This document shows positions 60,817-64,000 of a stretch of 64,000 nt of DNA, one piece after another. The notes below the pieces were generated by a model. It worked only from the letters and a program-made list of their open reading frames with translations. It searched no databases and was not told where the DNA came from. The stretch comes from Eledone cirrhosa (taxonomy: Eukaryota). The stretch spans positions 55,056,001 to 55,120,000 of the forward strand of contig OZ024742.1 in the NCBI GenBank assembly GCA_964016885.1, read 5' to 3'. Position numbers and translations under genes: made by a program. How positions within the stretch are numbered: position 1 is the stretch's first letter; every line of letters starts with the position of its first letter.

Positions 60817-60817
<1 letters not shown>
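57111..60817 (-). mobile_element. R4/Dong-like RLE LINE, family B, copy 2
   Basis: (TTA)n on both sides; colinear with 7643-11316. Confidence 0.93.
58248..60608 (-). CDS. R4-B N-terminal domain and RT (786 aa), ending at an amber codon; thumb, zinc knuckle and RLE continue to 57188 with frameshifts
   Basis: KSPGPDG, GIFQGDSLSP, FMDD, KYLG; downstream ORFs 57969-58205 and 57188-57577. Confidence 0.88.
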   Translation of the reverse strand: MSNLNSSNNGEVETEMSCNRHSPSRCSLAQQQGPGCQSNTAGVGGRRRRKGTRTNWTKELTRTVMQCYLKSNLKQKGYRKRMHNIWNKIGLFKLGEQKLTGQARVIRTNGGISELELEELSREIRLEMKSGVCQANEPVGNEGEEVERMEEPSEADNDLNAEINNTWNKDTAIEEMNADGLEQDLVDILNLVVDELNNDSGKPMNLRFVDRKKLKETTAKVNKVIPYIEARSLHQCNNILKATANAVRKLLVIKARGNNKQERSEPCWKKRLNGQIREMRNDIGKLESLLNGTLKKIDTKNRLEIKYKTRRKKLNIIIEELKQRIVPKSAKIRRYESRVSQYRQNRMFDNNQKMLFGQLEGKERGNGLIPEAEQTKTFWRGIWEQDVKHNDQAMWIETVQKEISEQAHQETDLSITVETLKGQAKKLTNWKSPGPDGVQGYWIKNITSLHPKLTTMFNDCLRSGEVPEWLTKGTTVLVMKDRIKGNDLTNYRPITCLSVMWKLLTSNMSEEIYHHLHTNNVLPDEQKGCRKKSRGTKDQLLIDKRVMRNCKRRHTGLAMGWIDYKKAFDMVPHSWISKSLEIFKVADNIRQLLGKSMKSWKTELTSAGESLGVVKIKRGIFQGDSLSPLLFVLALMPLTIILRKVRAGYKLGKGELTINHILFMDDLKLFGKSEELDVLVDTVRIFSNDICMQFGISKCGVLVMKRGKLSRSKGIEVPTGEMIKEIDTEEGCKYLGVLEADDIKNKKMKELIRSEYIRRVGSVLKSHLNSRNAISAVNFRAVSIIR

Positions 60818-60870
<53 letters not shown>
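60817..60870. repeat. (TTA)n between the R4-B 5' end and the Tx1-B 5' end
   Basis: direct reading. Confidence 0.95.
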
Positions 60871-63800
60871 GGGCGCACATGCATGAAGACGTACAAGTCT
60901 GCGGAGGAAAAGGTTCGTAACTTTAAGCTGTTTTAAAGTATCATTTTTGTATTTTCTTGTCGTTTACGAAGCATAAGGTACCCACCTTGGTTCCAAGTGG
61001 GGGAGACCTCACAATATTCGGGCTTTAAGCACGAATGTTTAGATTTATTTTAAAAACATTTCGAAAAAATCGCCTCCCTATTAAAAATAAATGGAAATTT
61101 TACCTTGAAACGGTAAACAACGTTCAGGTCAAAAGTTCAAAAGCAGCCACTGTAGATCTCACCACAACTACTACTGCTACAGACATGTCTGTCGACCATT
61201 CCACTGAGCGTGAAGGCAGAACACAAAAGGTACCACCACAACCGCTCCCTTCTGTAATAGTAGCAGTATCATCTCAAAACAACATCAACACCGCCACCAC
61301 CACCACAACCACAGCAACACCTCAGAACAACAACGACAATAACACCGACTGCTTCAATGTAAACACGATCTAGCCCCCCATTTCGAACGACTATGAGATC
61401 TTCGCATCTGTTAGCAGGCCGGTAATAGGAGGTGGGGTGGCAGTGTTGTTTAGGAAAGGACTGGATCTCGAGGTAAGGTCGATCTTCCGGGACCCGGAAG
61501 GTAAGTTGGTGGTCTTGGATGTGAGCAGTAGCGAAGGTGGTGCCTTTAGACTGCTGACCGTCTACGCCCCTACAGGGCCGGACGACCGGATTTCCTTAGG
61601 CGCCTGGAGACCTTTCTGGGTACGCCTCGCCCTTTACTGTTAGCGGGGGACTAGAACGGCATCTTAGACGCACGCTTGGGATTGTGTGGGAGTAGCTGAT
61701 AGGAACGGGGAGTGCAAAAGACTCAAGCACCTAATCAGCCAGTTCCAACTGTCTGACAGGTATCGACTAGATTTCCCCAATGCGCCAGTATGGACATGGA
61801 CCAACCGCATGGGGTCATCTAGATCGTATATAGACAGGATCTTCATTAGGAAAATAGATAGAAATAGTGTAGGCTGCTCACTTTTTAAAATGGTCGCCTA
61901 TTCAGATCACAAATTCGTGTTCTGTATGGTCGACCAAGATAAAACGCGTAGGTTGGGACTGGGTTACTGGAAGCTGAACATGTCATTTCCGGCACGTAAG
62001 GCTTATAGGAACCGAGTCAATAATTTAGTTAAGCAAAAGTTGACACGGGGGATCATCAACAACAGATGGGGGAGGGGGGGGGGGCTCTCAAAAGAGAGAT
62101 TAGAGTAACTTCGATAGAGTTCAGCAAAGAACTAGCGTTAGAGAAAAATAGAAAGGAGGGGGAGATGGTAGATAAGTTAGACTAGGCTATTTGTAGTGGC
62201 ATTGCAACTGAGGTGCTAGCGGCGAGAATGGCATTAGACCATTTCTTCAAAGCGAAACACGAAGGTTGCATTGTCAGAGCTAAGGTGCGTGCTCTGAGAA
62301 ACGAGGGAACCAAAGCTGTTCGATGGGCCCGCGTGGCGGAGGTGCAGCGTGGTAATAAAACCACAATTCGGTCTTTGGCGGACCGATACGGATACGAGAT
62401 AAGCGATTCCAAGCGGATGTGTGAAGCATTTCGCCAACACTTTGCTCGGTTGTTCGGGGAGAGTGGCGAGTCAGAGAGTGTAGCGGATATCAGTCCCTAC
62501 CTTGACGGCTTGTCGCGCATCTCGACGGCCGACGCTGAGCGCTGCGAAAGGCCGATTACTTCAGCTGAAATTCAGGATGCCATTGTTGGCTGCATGAGGC
62601 GCAAGCCACCCGGTTTGGATGGCCTGCCCTACGAGCTTTACGTAAATATGCCAGACTTGTTCTCCGATCTCCTCGAAGCACTCTACTGCAACTGGCAGCA
62701 TAATGAGAGTATTCCCAGTTCTGTGAGCAGGCAAGTGGTGACGCTGATAAGGAAATACTAGAACAAGAGGGATACATTAGACAACTTCAGGCACATAACT
62801 CTGCTCAACACCGAGTTTAAGATTTTGGCCAAGGTGTTAGAAAAGTGATTGGCGCTTGTCGTCGAGGATTTGGTTGGGGAAGCGCAAACTTGCGCAATTC
62901 TAGCCAGGTCTATACACGACAATCTCCACCTCATGCGATACATCATAAACAGGGTAGGGTGTAAACCTGGCTTCGGTAGGGCACTGATCAATTTAGATCA
63001 ATCGAAAGCATTCGATATGATCGACCATCAGTATCTGAAGTTTGTCCTCAAAGCGGCTGGCTTCGGCCCTCTCTTCAGAAGCTGGATCGCTGCAATGCAC
63101 AGCCGCACACATTCGGTGGTCAAGGTTAATGGCCACCTCTAGGAATCATTTCGGCTCTCCCCATCGGTCCGTCAAGGGTGCCCTCTCTCTTCCCTTCTGT
63201 ACGTATTGACTGTCGAGTCTTTACTGCGGAAACTAGAGCTGTTGCAGGGCATCCCGCTCGAACCTGGACGTGGAAAGGCGGTGTCGGCTTATGCGAACGA
63301 CATCGCCGTGATGGTGTCGGACACTTCAGAAATCGAGGTGGTCGGCACCTTATTGAAGGAATATGAAAGGTTGACAGGAGCCAAACTTAACCTGGAAAAG
63401 TCGGTGGGCTTGCAGCTCGGACCTGGAGAGGCAAGTCTATGCCGTCCAACAGCGTCCTGGGGCGCTGGACGGACGGACCGGTATATTTGCTCGGACCAGA
63501 CCTCCAGGTGGAAAAGAATTGAGACGAGGTAACGAGCAGAATAGCCAGTCTCACCCAAAAATGGGCTGGGAGGAAGCTGTCACCGAAAGGTCGCACAGAG
63601 GTGGCGAATGCGTACATTGCGTCCGTCATCTACTACCGCCTGACCGTCGTGCCTTTCCCCGTCTGCGCCTCGTCAAGTTGGAACGGCTCCTCTTCAAATT
63701 CTTGTGGAGGCGACAAGTTCCGTTGGTGAGGCGGTCCATCTGCTGCCAGCACCCTCTACGCAGACGGCTCGGCATGCCGTGGCTAATGATGTGCAGACAT

Positions 63801-64000
63801 GCCTTGAGGCTGCGACATCTCCAGATATTCTGCCTAAACGGTGAACAGGTGTGGTCGCTGTTTATCAGACGGGTATTTCCGCAGCTCGTTTCTTTGACTG
63901 AGCTGCAGTCCTGGGTCAAGAAGAGACTGAGACTGGGTGACTGGCACCTGGAATGTTGCCAGGCACTCACTTCGCTCTACCAAGCGAGCAATGCGATCAG
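60871..64000 (+). mobile_element. Tx1/L1-clade LINE, family B (degenerate, internal deletion near 61370; runs off the right edge)
   Basis: APE and RT fragments homologous to Tx1-A ORF2; different 5' UTR starting GGGCGCACATG after (TTA)n; Thr-rich ORF1 start. Confidence 0.9.

Overview
AT-rich animal genomic DNA, almost entirely retrotransposon-derived. The SINE family and repeat landscape suggest a cephalopod such as Octopus, but that is inference. No complete host gene is visible; there is one weak candidate exon at 20847-20927. (1) Three piles of non-LTR retrotransposons sit at (TTA)n microsatellites. Tx1/L1-clade elements (ORF1 plus APE-RT-CCHC ORF2) are always on +; R4/Dong-like RLE elements (three families) are always on -. 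(2) At least five Penelope-like elements or fragments (PLE) and several pseudo-LTR relics lie in (TA)n tracts. Together they carry about a dozen minimal hammerhead-ribozyme motifs, several with non-canonical cores. (3) Decayed RTE LINEs and six copies of a tRNA-derived SINE are also present. The strongest candidates for undescribed biology are: an in-phase U_UUU_UUA -1 frameshift linking a coiled-coil ORF to the RT/GIY-YIG ORF of a Neptune-like PLE; a splice donor over the Tx1 ORF1 stop with a matching acceptor in the 3' UTR, plus a 17-bp stem across the ORF1/ORF2 junction; an amber stop shared by both copies of one R4 family; a 5' pseudoknot shared between two R4 families; and strand-partitioned sharing of (TTA)n by Tx1 and R4. 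Clade names are from motif recognition only, and element boundaries are approximate unless stated.
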